Below are positions 1 through 12,358 of a stretch of DNA of 64,000 bases, one piece after another. Positions within the stretch are counted from its first letter, which is position 1; each line of letters starts with the position of its first letter. This stretch comes from Octopus sinensis (Eukaryota), in assembly GCF_006345805.1 (NCBI RefSeq), contig NC_043004.1:48050001-48114000 (forward strand). Reading direction: 5' to 3'. The position numbers were made by a program, and so were the translations under genes. The notes under the pieces were generated by a model that worked only from the letters and a program-made list of their open reading frames with translations, was not told where the DNA came from and did not search any database.

Positions 1-640
1 CTAGGTGTCGTGCGTAGCATACTATAAGAGGTCTCTTGGTAAGAATTCGTTGGGGACTTATGAAAAACAGCCACAGTTAAATCCAGGAACCTCGACAAAA
101 GTTCATGAAAACGATTAGTAAGTACTGGCACAAAGAATAGTGAGCTCACATTAGAATAATGTGAGCGAAGGTCTTGCTTCGATTAAACGCTGATTTCTCA
201 AATCGACTAAGAGTTTAAGATGGTGTAAGAAATCGGTACGGAAAATAGGGTATGGTAAATTAGCAGTTATAAATACCCACTGGAACTACCACCGAAGATT
301 GATATCAAGAGTCAAAACTTTCTCGCCAAAAGTGCGAATTGGGGAATAGTTAATTGCATGTAAAGTAACGGGAATCCGTAACTAAGCTGACAGACCAAGC
401 GCTACAAGCAACGCCAAACGCTAGTGTCGACTAATAATTTACACTTCGAATGGGAGTCATGGATGAAGAATGCGCGGCTCGGTATTGGTCCTTCAAAGAA
501 TTTCGCCCAATCCCTGGGAAGTGAGTCTTCCGATTGTTGAATGGCTGGGATAAAGCTGCAAGAGGGTGTACATAAATTGACTGGTCTAATCTTTGTGTCT
601 GGAGTTACCGTAGATAACCGAATGACAAGAAGAAACAAGT
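1..640 (-). mobile_element. Degenerate Ty3/Gypsy LTR retrotransposon fragment (gag end and aspartic protease)
   Basis: Minus-strand translation across frameshifts and stops: AFFIHDSHSKCKLLVDT..LHAINYSPIRTFGEK..LTLDINLRW*FQWVFITANLPYPIFRTDFLHHLKLLVDLRNQRLIE. This matches the Gypsy retropepsin pattern (FLVDTGA...PIIGADFL..LLVDL). Runs off the window edge. Confidence 0.8.
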
Positions 641-1023
641 AAATTCAATCTGACTGTTCTGTATTACAACCGTTATAAAAATAAACGGCTAATGTCTTAC
701 ATATTGGCAAATAACTGGTTTGGTGATTTTAACTAACTATACCTGGAACAGCGGAAGATGTGTCATAGTTCAAATTCTGTAGCATGTTCCTGGCTTGGTT
801 CTGTGTGCTGAGGTCGTCGGCAGCGGAGGAAAAAAAACAGGAAGACGTCCGGTTCGTTTGTGATCTCGTCTGGTCCCGGTCTCAAGGAACTCAGTAAAGC
901 TGAGCGCGCTAAGCGCTTTATGAATATGAAACTCCGGGCAACCCCCATAAACCGGGAATATTTATCTTTGTATGTGTGTGTGTTTCCCCATCACTTCTTG
1001 ACAACCGATGTTGGTGTGTATAC

Positions 1024-1256
1024 CTATTTCTTTACTACCCACAAGGGGCTAAACACAGAGAGGACAAACAAGGACTGACACACGGATTAAGTCGATTATA
1101 TCGACCCCAGTGCGTAACTGGTACTTATTTAATCGACCCCCGAAAGGATGAAAGGCAAAGTCGACCTCGGCGGAATTTGAACTCAGAACGTAAATACAGA
1201 CGAAATACTGCTAAGCATTTCGCCCGGCGCGCTAACGTTTCTGCCAGCTCGCCGCC
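1024..1256 (-). mobile_element. tRNA-derived SINE (GGCGGCGAGCTGGCAGAA-head family) inserted into another SINE
   Basis: Head with A-box and B-box (GAGTTCAAATTCC). Flanked by the 15-bp direct repeat TGTTGGTGTGTATAC (1009-1023 and 1259-1273). Host SINE 3' body spans about 965-1425. Confidence 0.9.
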
Positions 1257-1739
1257 GGTGTTGGTGTGTATACGTCTCCGTAACTTAGTAGTTCGGCAAA
1301 AGAGACCGATAGAATAAGTACTAGGCTTAAGAAATAAGTCTTGAAGTCGATTTGATCGACTAAATCCCTTCAAGTCGGTACACCAGCATGGCCACAGTCA
1401 AATGACTGAAAGAAATAAAAGAATAAATGGAGTTGATTCTTACCATAAAAGGGGTTGATTCTTACCAAATATATAGTCCAGCTATGATGTTATTGTTATA
1501 TCTGCCCAGGTCCTTTTGTTTTTGTTTGTTTGTTCTTTTCTTTTTCTGTTGTTTTTTTTTTTTTTTGTTGTCTCGAGGTCAACGGCGATTAGCTGCTGGT
1601 GACGGATACAGGCATAGATGATGCTGGAAATGTAAGCCTGAAGCTTGCACGGTGGTGGCATGAGTAAAATAGTTGCTGACCTCTGACATCTGGGGACATC
1701 AGACATCTTCAGTCCTGCACAGGTATCTAGGTAGCTTTA

Positions 1740-2240
1740 TTTAGGGAAAGATGCTGCCTACTTCAATTCGAGGAATTATCTAGGAAAGGTATGCCAGATC
1801 AGAACAACCAGAATCGTTCTATATCAGATTGCCCCAATGTGTCCTCGATCTCGCATGTCAGGGCTTGCATCTTTTGTCGTCTTCTTGTTGGGTTGGTCAA
1901 GGGGTTCGGATGCCGGGTAACCGCCTCCCAAAGATGGTCCACTTCAGTGAGATCGAGACTAAAGGTAGGTATAATGGACACCCAGCATTTCGTTTTCACG
2001 ATCATTTCAAGTGGTCCCTCATTTTATGTGGTGTCCTTCCCATTTAGTTGAAGGCCCTGGATCTTAATCGGAAGGAATGGAAGTTCCTGTATGATGCTGG
2101 AGTAGAGTGTTTTGAAACCGAACACAAGTAACTGCATGAAGGGCGGCTATTGATCGGGGCCATTTTCACTGCCCTCGGTGCCATTTGTCATCCTACATTC
2201 AGAATAGCTTGATGGTCCTCGTCGTTCCGACAGGCGAACA
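1740..2240 (+). mobile_element. RTE-clade LINE 3' fragment
   Basis: WVGQGVRMPGNRLPKMVHFSEI...FRFHDHFKWSL..CGV resembles the RTE C-terminal WxGHVxRMxxxRLPK...RFKDxLK motif; contains stops. Confidence 0.7.
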
Positions 2241-2290
2241 TGCATATGTTTCCATGATCATGGTTAGACACGATATTTAGACACAGAGAA

Positions 2291-2519
2291 GGCGGCGAGC
2301 TGGCAGAAACGTTAGCACGCCGGGCGAAATGCGTAGCCGTATTTCGTCTGCCGTTACGTTCTGGGTTCAAATTCCGCCGAGGTCGACTTTGCCTTTCGTC
2401 CTTTCGGGGTCGATAAATTAAGCACCAGCTACGCAATGGGGTCGATGTAATCGACTTAATCCGTTTGTCTGTCCTTGTTTGTCCCCTCTGTGTTTAGCCC
2501 CTTGTGGGTAGTAAAGAAA
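2291..2519 (+). mobile_element. tRNA-derived SINE, full length
   Basis: Same head, core and tail (ggcggcgagctggcagaa...ccccttgtgggtagtaaagaaata) as many other copies in the window. Confidence 0.9.
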
Positions 2520-2539
2520 TATATTTAGGCCCAGTGTAA

Positions 2540-3420
2540 CTAGAATTACACATCATTGGGTGTTTCTTTTTCTTTTCACAAGAAATTTGTGAGCTAATTG
2601 CCTCCCTTTCCCACACGTACACATTCACATACACATGAGGCTGCATGAAATTTAAAGCGAAAAGTGTGAGTAATCAGCAGTCGTAACTGTTGGTAACTAA
2701 GAGGCATGACAAAGTTACTAATTCCGCTATAAAAAGAGAAAATACAGCTTTTGAATTTCACACGTTCTCCATTTTTCCCAACTGTTGGTAAGTACATTTA
2801 TTACTGAGATAACCTCCTTCTGAACGTTGATAAAAAAAATAGCATAAACAATTATATGTATTATTACAATGGAAATTATATTTACTAGCAAATGAGGGAC
2901 GGAAGTCATAATAATAGTATGTATTGAATAATGTGTAAATGGATTTTAATATGAATATGATTACAAAACTTCTTTGTAGGCGGTATCTTGTGTGTGGTCG
3001 ACACTAACTTTCAAATTGCCGGAGTCCGTTGCTCTACTCATAGCGGCGTATAACTGGCCGTGTGTAAACATCGGGGTGAGTAAAAATACACCTACACGAG
3101 CTAGAGTCTGGAGCTGTGCTTTGTTTGCTGTGAATGAGAATACCAGTTTTATAGGAAACTGCACTTGTCTTGATTTTCGGCCCGCTAGAATTTTCTATAT
3201 CTGTTCTGAAGCTCTCACTTTGCGTGTTACTTGGTGAGCTAAAGTGTCCCAGCTCTGTTTCGAAGCTCTCACTTGAGGATTTCTCTGTGTTATTTGGTGA
3301 GCTAGCGTATCCCTGCTCCGTCCCGACGCTCTCACTTCTGTATCACGGCGAATTCTTCGAGTTTCTGTATCCTTATTCTGTTGGACTTTTCTGCATTCAC
3401 TGTTAGATTCACTCTTATGT
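2540..3420 (-). mobile_element. Non-autonomous Helitron fragment (PIF1 helicase C-terminus)
   Basis: 2961-3164 encodes QFPIKLVFSFTANKAQLQTLARVGVFLLTPMFTHGQLYAAMSRA...YKEVL, matching PIF1 motifs V-VI of Helitron Rep/Hel. A candidate 3' CTAG followed by T is at 2540-2543. 5' end not resolved. Confidence 0.8.
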
Positions 3421-3779
3421 TTTATAGCGGCAACTTTCCTGATAGTCCTATCAATTCCTGAACGAAGGAAATTTTAATAAAGCATTACACAGCTTTATGC
3501 ATACAATCGTTATTGACAAAGTTCGTAGTAGTTATACACCGACTAACGATGAACCAAAACCATCAAATCATTCATTAATAAAGGTATCCTAAACTAAAAC
3601 TTCCTTATATGGCATAATTTTTGAGGAAAAGTGGATTTACTTCCCTTTGCTTCTTTTATTAGGGGTTATCTCCCTTTAATTGTTTTTTTTTTTTACGCCT
3701 GTAATTTTGATTATCTGTATATAGCACCACCGTAAACTGAACAATTACCCTTAATAAACACTAAATAATCATACTTTTT

Positions 3780-5110
3780 CAAACCTGCCTGATTACCTCC
3801 TTGGTAATCCCGAAAAACATTGTGACCACTGGTCCAGCTGTTTCACCGTGAAGAGGGTACAGGCAGGCAGACGGACATAACGCCCAAATAATAATAATGA
3901 CACCGGGGACGTTTAACAGATGAGACCGGGGACGTTTTACAATGACACCGGGGTCGTTTAACATGTGAGAGCGATAAAACACTGCTCCGAAATCTATCCA
4001 AAAACATCGGAAATAAAGACATGGCATGGAGCCAAAAATAGCTGATAAAGGGTTGGACTATATCCAAGTAAGTAATACTCATTGAAATTTATTATTTTCC
4101 ACATGAAATGAAGTATTTTAACTGGATATCATGTCCACTGCTCGCACAGTGCATGTAAACATGCTTGATACAATACGATCCATCAACACCAGACCATCTC
4201 CGGCCCCAAACATCATGTACAAAAAAATTACAAATAAATTAATTAATACCGATATTATTCAACCCAAGAATAACAATCGGGAAATGCGTACTTTAAACTT
4301 GTTACACAAAAAGTACGAAAAACTCCACGTGCAAAACAATTTGACAACAGAAATTAACGGACCGATACCCAACGAAATTGATGACCGTCAAAATAATGGG
4401 CCGGACGTTGTACCTCATGTCCTGCAAATAAAACCAAAAAGACATAAATGGACACGTAAGGAATATATTTCAATTCTACACGCTTACTTTACAGCAGTGC
4501 TCTATCCAAAGAACGAAAACACAACAACATATGCATATAAAATATGGAAGAAAAACAACATAAATAAAGACTTGGATACAGCAATGAACCCTAATAAACT
4601 AGCTAACGTACGAAGATATATTCTCAACGCAAAAAAAATATCAAATAGAAATAGAACATTTAAAAGGAAAAATACATCACGAAAATATAGATAGAAGCCA
4701 CACAACAATGCCAAATAATATAAGCACTGAGATAATAAAACACGAAGACAAACGTAACATTTCCAACAAAAATGAAGTAAACAAAAAACAACAAACCCAG
4801 ACCATAGGGATGTATCATAATGTACAAAAATCACCAATCCAGAACACCACAGACAAACATAGAAATGAGAAGGAAGGCGAAACAAATCTAAAACCTGGAA
4901 ACAACGAATGGGAACCTAATGATTATGATACTATAAAAAATAAAATATTCAAAGAACTGAAAACTGCAGATCTCAGAATGGACCACCGACCATACCTCCC
5001 AAAAATCAAAATTGACAACAAAACAACATGAATAATAAATAGCATAAACCTGGCCGTCACGGACCTAATAACCACAGAAACAAATGGCAATATCACCGAG
5101 CTGAATGACA
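3780..5110 (+). mobile_element. R4/Dong-clade non-LTR retrotransposon 5' part, preceded by a probable 3' end and (AAT)n of another copy
   Basis: ORFs 4131-4694 and 4708-5031 contain KRHKWTRKEYISILHAYF..P....Y.IW, an R4-type N-terminal motif, and RPYLPKIK. Clearly homologous to 21580-22250 (-). Three about 25-bp GACACCGGGGACGTTTAACA-type repeats at about 3897-3963. Confidence 0.7.
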
Positions 5111-5462
5111 TTTGATTTTCATTTTGTTGTTTATTTTTCTTTTTGGCATACAATAAAACTATATTAAGGATTAGCACATTGAATTTATTTATATTTAAGT
5201 ACTTACTGTATTGTATTTATATCTTTAAAGCATGAGGAAAAAAAGTTTTATATTAATACCGTCTATATATATTTTGTTCTTATATCTTTCATGATTTTCT
5301 TACTGAAATGTTCGTATTGAAGTTTTTTTTTTCTGTAGCTAAACATGCAATCATTTTTTCTGCTTTCAATATATTCTTAAAAATTTTTTTTGTTGCACTA
5401 TATTTCTATTTTGATAAAGTTTGTGTACTATCACCCTAAAGTATATGAAAAAAGCAGTTAGT

Positions 5463-5464
<2 letters not shown>

Positions 5465-5511
<47 letters not shown>
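5465..5511. repeat. (AT)n microsatellite
   Basis: Pure AT run. Many more AT/CA/GATA/TAA tracts occur, e.g. 8697-8732, 33592-33710, 47740-47850, 56397-56470, 59913-59965. Confidence 0.98.
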
Positions 5512-5512
<1 letters not shown>

Positions 5513-5930
5513 GGTTATGTTTGGAGTCATTCTCTTTTGGTTCCTTATAATTTAACACACTCCGCAAGACGCAATGAGAATTTTAGAAAAATAAGAAATA
5601 AGAGGAAATTTTAGCGGTGAGTGTGTTAAATTATAAGGCACCAAAAGAGAATGACTCTTCCCAGACACAACAGAATAAGCTTCGACGCACGAACTCACAT
5701 AAAGAATCTTCCAAACCAATTCCAAAACCAATATATATATATATATATATATATATACAGGCATACATTCACACTGCCGCATATGCATATATACATATAT
5801 GTGCATATGTACACAAATATATATATATATATCCTCCTATCACACACCTACAACCGCAGATGTACAAGCATATGCATATCCTTATAAATGAAGGGTACGT
5901 GTGCATGAAAGTCGCACTTATGCACCTGAC

Positions 5931-7401
5931 AGTCCTACACTCACATGCATACATACGTACACATATATACACACGCACACACATACACATTTAGTATATA
6001 TATATATATATATATACATATACTCACACGCGTACATATTCACACAATTAAAAATGAAAAATATATATATAAATGTTGCGACATAGGGAAAGCTTGTGCA
6101 GGAACAGTAAAAATGTGGATTCTATCAGTGATTTTGGGCGGGTGGGGGCTGCAAAACCGTAACAGGTATTTTGTTATATATGGACATAATCCAAAAAGTT
6201 CAATTCTTGAATTAAGACATGTAGCGGGGTCCAAAGAACTTTTCCAGTTGGGTTATCTTTCGATATCACAAATACCGCATATCACTACCGTTGGTATAAG
6301 GTTTACACTTAGCCAAGATCTTCCAGTAAATCCTATAGCTGACACCTTGTTCTTTTAAGAACCATATATGACGGGATAATTTGGTAGTTTTTCGTTTATC
6401 CGAATGTCTGAAGCTTAAGGTGTGAGTGTTGAACCTTGCTTTAACATTCCCGTCCGTGAGACCCACACATCTCTGACAAAACTGTGTTATTCTTATATTT
6501 ATGATTTATTAGTAGGGGCCTCTCCTCCAATATGGACATATTTAATAATGCTACCCTACTATATAACAATGCCCTTAAAGCTAGTGGATTTAAAGAGGAA
6601 ATAGCATAAACACCTGCCATTAGGCCAGAAATAAAGAAAAGAAAACATAGATACAGGAAAATTATTTGGTTCACACTTCCTTAGTCCTCCGAAATATTTC
6701 TTGTCACTTATAGATAGGCATTTTCCAATAAATCATAAATATTGGAAACACTTTAACAGGCATAACCTAAAAATTAGTTTTAGTTCAACCCCAGATTTTA
6801 AAAACATAATTACACACAATGCAAAACAACAACACAAAACCGGCTGTTCCGGCAGGGATAAAGACTTGTGCTGGCTAAATGGAGACTGTATGACCGAGGC
6901 CATTATATATGAAGCCACCGTAAATTCTACGAACGCTAATAAAACTGTTTTCTCAAACAGATATGTGTTACCAAATTATCCAGTCATATATAGTTCTTAA
7001 AATAACAAGGTGTCAGCTATAGGACTTACTGGAAGATCTTGGCCAAGTTTAAACCTTATACTAACGGTAGTGGCAAGTGATATGGAACGATGGCTTATCT
7101 GGAAAAGTTCCTTGGAACCTGCTACATGCCTAAATTGAAGAACTGAACTTTTGGGATCATGTCTACATATGACAAAATAGCTGTTACGGTTTTGAGCCCC
7201 CAAGATCACTGATAGAATCCCTATTTTTACTATGTTCCTGCAAAAGCTTTCCATGTTTATTGTTTTATATATATTTTGTCCTTTTTCATTTCTAATTGTG
7301 TGAATGTGTACGTGTGTGAGTATATATATGTATGTATATATTAAATGTATCAGTGCGTGCGTGTTTATATATATGTGTATGTGTGTATATGAGTGTAGGA
7401 C
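5931..7401 (+). mobile_element. Penelope-like element fragment with inverted terminal duplication
   Basis: Plus strand encodes KIIWFT..LIDRHFPINHKYWKHFNRHNLKISFSSTP (RT C-terminus) and CWLNGDCMTEAIIYEATV. Minus 6266-6466 encodes GLTDGNVKARFNTHTLSFRH..TKLSRHIWFLKE..YRIYWKILAKCKPYTNGS (GIY-YIG). Arms of about 5931-6395 and 6965-7401 are inverted copies. Confidence 0.88.
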
Positions 7402-7429
7402 TTTTCTTTTCTTTCCTTCGTTCCTCTAA

Positions 7430-7680
7430 GAACACCTTTAACATCACAAAGTTCATTTCTCAAAAACATTTAACAACACAGTCCTTTCTCTTCTGTTTTT
7501 TTTCTCTTTTCCTTTCTTTTAAAAGCACAGGCAACAACTCAGTTCTTTTTTCTTTCTTTTCTTTTAAATAAACACATTTAACAACAAAGTTCTTTTTCTT
7601 CTCAAACATTTAACGTCACAAAGTTTTCTCTTTTTTTTTTTAACTTTTAACATCACAAAGTTCGTTTTCCTTTAAAACAT
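7430..7680. repeat. Degenerate tandem repeat of a TTTAACA(T/A)CACAAAGTT-like motif
   Basis: About five copies of the motif separated by pyrimidine-rich spacers. Confidence 0.55.
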
Positions 7681-8439
7681 AAAAAAAAAACATTTACCGG
7701 CGACAGTTCTTTCCTTTTACGTTTGCAACGTCGGCAAATCTGGCTACATCGCTTGCCAGTCGTTCAGTTGTCCCTCTACATCATTTGCCAGTTGTTCAGT
7801 TGTCCATCTCTCGCTCTGTATATCTCTCTCTTCCTCTGTTTGTCTCTGTCAGACTGCCTCTGTCCATGTCAGTCTCTCTCTCTCTCTCTCTCTCTCTGAC
7901 TGCCCTCTCGCAACTCGGCGCCACCCGTATATATGAGGCCGTCCAACCAGAAAGAGAGACATACCGCACATAACAGTGCGTGTTTCCCTTCCCAAAACAT
8001 TATCTTCTTTAAACTCTCTGTGACCGTAGAGGGCCTGAGATCAAGTGCCTACGGCCATAAACAACCGTGCTCCTTGACAAGACAAAGGAAATACCACTGA
8101 CCTCAAGAGCATGTCTCTTTGAAAAGGTTTAAGGAAAGCGCTCACACATTAGGAAAAAACTTCTTCCCCCAAAAGGTTAGTAACATCCTCATAAAATATT
8201 TCATAATATTTTTTTTAATAATTTTTAGAAATTATACTTACACTTCAAAAACTGTATGATGTAATCTTCACAGACTTTCAAATATGAGGCACAAAGAAGA
8301 GCAGTTTCGTCCAACTCGTTTTTTCACTAAAAACCGTACCCAAAAGAAACCCCAAAATACTGAAAGGCGGTGCTCCAGCAAGGCCACAGCCTCTACATGA
8401 AGCCAGTAAAACATTATAGTTAAAAGATATATATACATA

Positions 8440-8471
<32 letters not shown>

Positions 8472-8504
8472 CTTTATTTAAAGCAGCAGAAAATTCAACA
8501 AAAC

Positions 8505-8542
8505 CTGTTACTCTGAGTTTCACGTTCCCGTTCGTCGGACAG
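8505..8542 (-). ncRNA. Minimal type I hammerhead ribozyme motif (Penelope pLTR type)
   Basis: Minus strand: CUGU-CCGACGA-ACG(GGAA)CGU-GAAA-CUC(A)GAG-UA-ACAG. Stem I CUGU/ACAG, core CCGACGA (U4C variant), stem II with GGAA loop, GAAA, near-palindromic stem III, GUA cleavage triplet. It lies in a palindrome spanning 8472-8624. Confidence 0.75.
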
Positions 8543-8693
8543 TTTTTGCTAGAAAAAGCTGTCCGACGAATGTGAAACTCAGAGTAACAGGTTTTGTTAA
8601 ATTTTCTGCTGCTTTTAAATAAAGCATATTACTCTACCACTGGTATTTGAGTACTCTTTTTTCCACCTTGTTTCACATTTATGTGTTTACTCC

Positions 8694-8736
<43 letters not shown>

Positions 8737-8879
8737 TCATAATTCTAAATTTTTACCATTGATAAACAAAAAATATTGTTGAAACTAGCATTCTCAACAA
8801 ATTTGCCTATATTTTTTTCCTGTATGTAAACACACCACCTTTTTTGTTATATGTGTGTATATATATATATGTATATATA

Positions 8880-9430
8880 TTGTGTTGGCAAGAAAATTCC
8901 GGTGTTTTTGGTGTGAAATAAAAGTCTGGCAACTTCATGATTCTCCGCTCTGGTCCTTATCAGCCAAAAATTGTGATTCCAGGTCATCATCATTATTGCA
9001 AGTTTTGCCATCCAAAGAATTTTGAAAACTTCGAAAGAAATACCAATTTCATGGTAGAAGGTCAGGGTTATATGGTGGATGTGACATCACTTTCCAATCC
9101 AGCTCCAGTAATTTTTCACGAGTTAGTAAAGACGTGTTTGGCGTTGTCATGGTGAAATACGACTCATTTACGATTTGCCAATTCTGGCCGTTTTCCTTTG
9201 ATTGTTTCCTCCAGTTTCATCAGTTATTGATAGTAAACATCTAAATTGATCGTTTGGTTCCTTGGAAGCAGCTCAAAATATGCAACAACTTTGTAATCCC
9301 ACCAAACTGACAGCATGAGATTTTTTTTCTTTTTGATGCAATTCAGCTGTCGATGTGATTTGTATTGGTTCATTACGCTTGGACCATGATCGTTTTCAGT
9401 TGACGTTATTATAGACAATCCATGTTTCAA
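8880..9430 (-). mobile_element. Mariner transposase fragment (catalytic region)
   Basis: LMLSVWWDYKVVAYFELLPRNQTINLDVYYQQLMKLEETIKGKRPELANRK.VVFHHDNA matches the mariner DDD domain; frameshifted. Confidence 0.88.
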
Positions 9431-9434
9431 CACC

Positions 9435-10545
9435 AGTCTCTTCTAGCGGTTCCACGCTCTTGGGAATTAGCCTCGATAAGCAGTCTGCATGACCAATTTT
9501 CTTCGATGGAATATACTGCATCTTGAAATTGTAGATCAGCAATATTTACCCCAACGTTGTAGTCGGTTCACTGTATAGCTCGGTAGTCCCTTCTGTGATC
9601 CAAAAATTGATAGTAATGGTCTACGGTCGGTTTGTAGCTAAAAACTTCTATGTAGAAATTTATGAAATTTTTTAAGGCAAAAATAATCGATATAGCCTCC
9701 TTCTCTATCTGACAATACATGTTTCCGCTGCTATTAACGCGTTAAGCATGAATTGCTGGCTTCATATTTTCATCTTTATACTTGTGTCGCAAGACTGCTC
9801 CTATTCCATAATCCGAAACATCAGACGTTACAACAATGTCCATTCTAGGATCGAAATGTGCAAGTGACAAGTCAGAAATCAGTATTTTTTTATGTCTTCA
9901 AATGCGTTTTGTCACTTTTCTAACCAATTTCATTTTTGTTTTTTAGAAAATTGTTTAATGGCGCTCTCAATTTATGTATATTTAGAATGTGCTGTTAATA
10001 GTAATTTGCTAGACCAAGGAAAGCTTGTAATGCCGGTATATTCCTTGAAGGTCGCATATTCTTGATTGCGTCTGCCTTCGACGGGCCAGGACGTCTTCTA
10101 TTCTTATCTATGAATTGACCCAGATATTTGATTTTAGGCAAAAAAAAAAAATTCACATTTCACTGAGTGTGAAACCATAATCTTTAATTTTTTTTTAAAG
10201 ACACACTTCACATGTTCGACATCCTCACTCCGCGATTCGCTTTTGATTAACACGTCATCTAGGTAAGGAATAGCAAATTAACAGTCTGCTAATATTGCGA
10301 CTATCACTGGTTAAATTATTGCATGTTCTACCTTAAGTCCAAAAGGTTGTCTATTTGTATAAACTTCTGTACGTGTTGACTTTGAGCATTAACCGCTTTG
10401 AGCATTTTTATATACTTTGCTTTGCAGATAAGCGTCAGACAAATTGAATTTTGAAAATATTTTTCCTCCGATCAGTTTTGTAAAAATATCTTCCGGAGTC
10501 GGTAGTGGATAATAACGATTCATTTTTAAACAGTCATTTAAACCG
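9435..10545 (-). mobile_element. Degenerate Gypsy pol fragment (RT and RNase H)
   Basis: YPLPTPEDIFTKLIGGKIFSKFNLSDAYLQ, PFGLKV, AIPYLDDVLI, IKYLGQFID..AIKNM..ALQAFLGLANYY, QIEKEAISIIFA, PLLSIFGSQKGLPSY..RLQRWG. Confidence 0.92.
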
Positions 10546-10639
10546 GTGGAAAAATCGGCACACGGCTTAATTTTGTGATTTTTTTTTTTTTTTTGTACAT
10601 ACAGTCGGAGCGGCTCATTTCGTGTAATCCACTTTTTTA

Positions 10640-12030
10640 ATGTTTCCTCTCCCCCTCATCCTCACCCCCACCCTTCCACTACTCCAACCTTCCCACACAC
10701 CCCTTCCTCCTCTCTCTCTCCTCTCAGCCTTCCAACGCTTTCCCAACCCCCTCCCCTACCTAACACACCCTCCTCTACCCACTTCGGTCTGTGGTTACCA
10801 TTCCTCTACAGCTCCACTCTGAAGCGGAGTGCTCTCTTCTCAGTAAGGGTCTCCGCTTCAAGCCCCTTACTACATCCAGGCGAAAGTTAAACACCTCCCC
10901 GGCCGAACTCTCGGCTCTCGGCCCTTCGATGTCTCCGACACCGCAAAGAGACTGTCATCAAACCTGCCGACAAGAGTAGATTTGTAGTGGTGTGGCGCGC
11001 AGACCTTTACATGGCTGAAGCTCTTCGTCAACTTCAAGACACCTCCTTCTATTGCTCTCTGCCCTTCAACCCCACGCCTAACTACCAACAGATTGTGTCC
11101 TTCAACTATTCCTGACCTCATTTCCTCCTCCTGTCTCCCTCCAACTGCCTCCAACCTCATTGTCCGTATCCCAGACACTCCCACTATTTACTTCCTTCCC
11201 AAAATTCACAAGCCCAACAACCCTGGCCGCTCCATCATCTCCGCCTGCAACTGCCCCACGGAAATGATCTCCAAATGCCTCGATCGAGGCATTTGGAGAT
11301 CATTTCCGTGGGGCAGTTGCCTTCACACATCCACGACACCAATCATGCTTCCCGTCTGTTTAACTCTTTCTTCTTTCCCCCAGGCCCCTCTCAACTTCTG
11401 TTCACTCTTGACATTAAAAGTTTACATACGGTGATTCCACACAACGAGGGATTTCTTGCACCTAAACACTTCCTTCACCTTCGGCCTGATACCTCTACAC
11501 ATCTTCGTCTGGCCGAACTTGTCCTCTCCCTCAACTGCTTCTCGTTCGCGGGGTAGTTTTACCAAGAGTTCTCGCGAGTGGTCATGGAAATCAGAATGGG
11601 CTCCAACTATGCGAACTTATTCGTTGTCTAAGTTGAGGCCTAAATTTCCTCACAATTCACCTCGCCCGTCGAATTTCTCCACATTTCTGTCAGCATGCAC
11701 TACTCCGCTCTCACTGCCTCCATCCACTACAAACACACTGCCTCACACTCCTGCCTTAACTTCTCCTCCTACCACCCTACCCACACCAAGCTCTCCATTC
11801 CTTACTCCCAATTCCTACTCAAGCTCAGCAGCGACGATCATGATTTTAAGACTCAGTCACAACTCACGGCTCGCCAATTCATCCTACGTAGATATCCCCT
11901 CACCATTATCTACACTGCCCTTTCCCGGGCATGATCTGTAGACTGTGCATCTGTTCTTTCTCCTCTCACTCGCCCCACCCTTAACCGTCTCTCGTTTACC
12001 CTCATCTACCACTCCTCCACGCTCATTATC
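10640..12030 (+). mobile_element. Degenerate Penelope-like reverse transcriptase
   Basis: SEAECSLLSKGLRF, VIKPADK...VVVWR, IYFLPKIHKPNNPGRSIISACNCPTE, LFTLDIKSLHTVIPHNEG, LAELVLSLNCFSF, MGSNYANLFV, HPTHTKLSIPYSQF; many frameshifts. Confidence 0.9.
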
Positions 12031-12068
12031 CGCGATGTAAAAGTGACTGGATGATCTTTTAATTGCAG

Positions 12069-12090
12069 AGCTGTATGTGCGAGCATTGCC
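12069..12090 (+). other. Candidate non-coding 5' UTR exon (or 3' end of the first exon) of ANL gene A
   Basis: ttttaattgcAG before 12069 and donor CC|GTAAGC at 12091. Matching acceptor cttatttctttttaAG ends at 12316, with CTAAC at 12234-12238. Inference only. Confidence 0.4.
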
Positions 12091-12358
12091 GTAAGCGTGT
12101 CATATCTCTTAACTATTGTCTATTGTCTTAACTAATTTCACAACATTCGCTCAATTTTTATTTCTTGAATTAAAAAGTTCTTGGGGTATGAAAGGCGAAC
12201 TAGCTTCTTTAACACTACAGTTGTAGGCACGAACTAACGTCTTTGTCTCTACGCGAATATTGTTACCGTTGTTATCGCTACCATTAAAAGCGTTCATAAC
12301 CTTATTTCTTTTTAAGGATAAATTCTGAGGAAGGCGTCGTATAGTTACTGACATCACG

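Noticed and set aside
860-950. LKELSKAERAKRFMNMKLRATP as a Gypsy gag fragment
   Set aside because: Only faint similarity, and on the opposite strand to the adjacent protease remnant; not supportable.
4131-5031. 187-aa and 107-aa Asn/Lys-rich ORFs as a novel gene
   Set aside because: Explained as the N-terminal part of an R4/Dong ORF, with a second decayed copy at 21580-22250.
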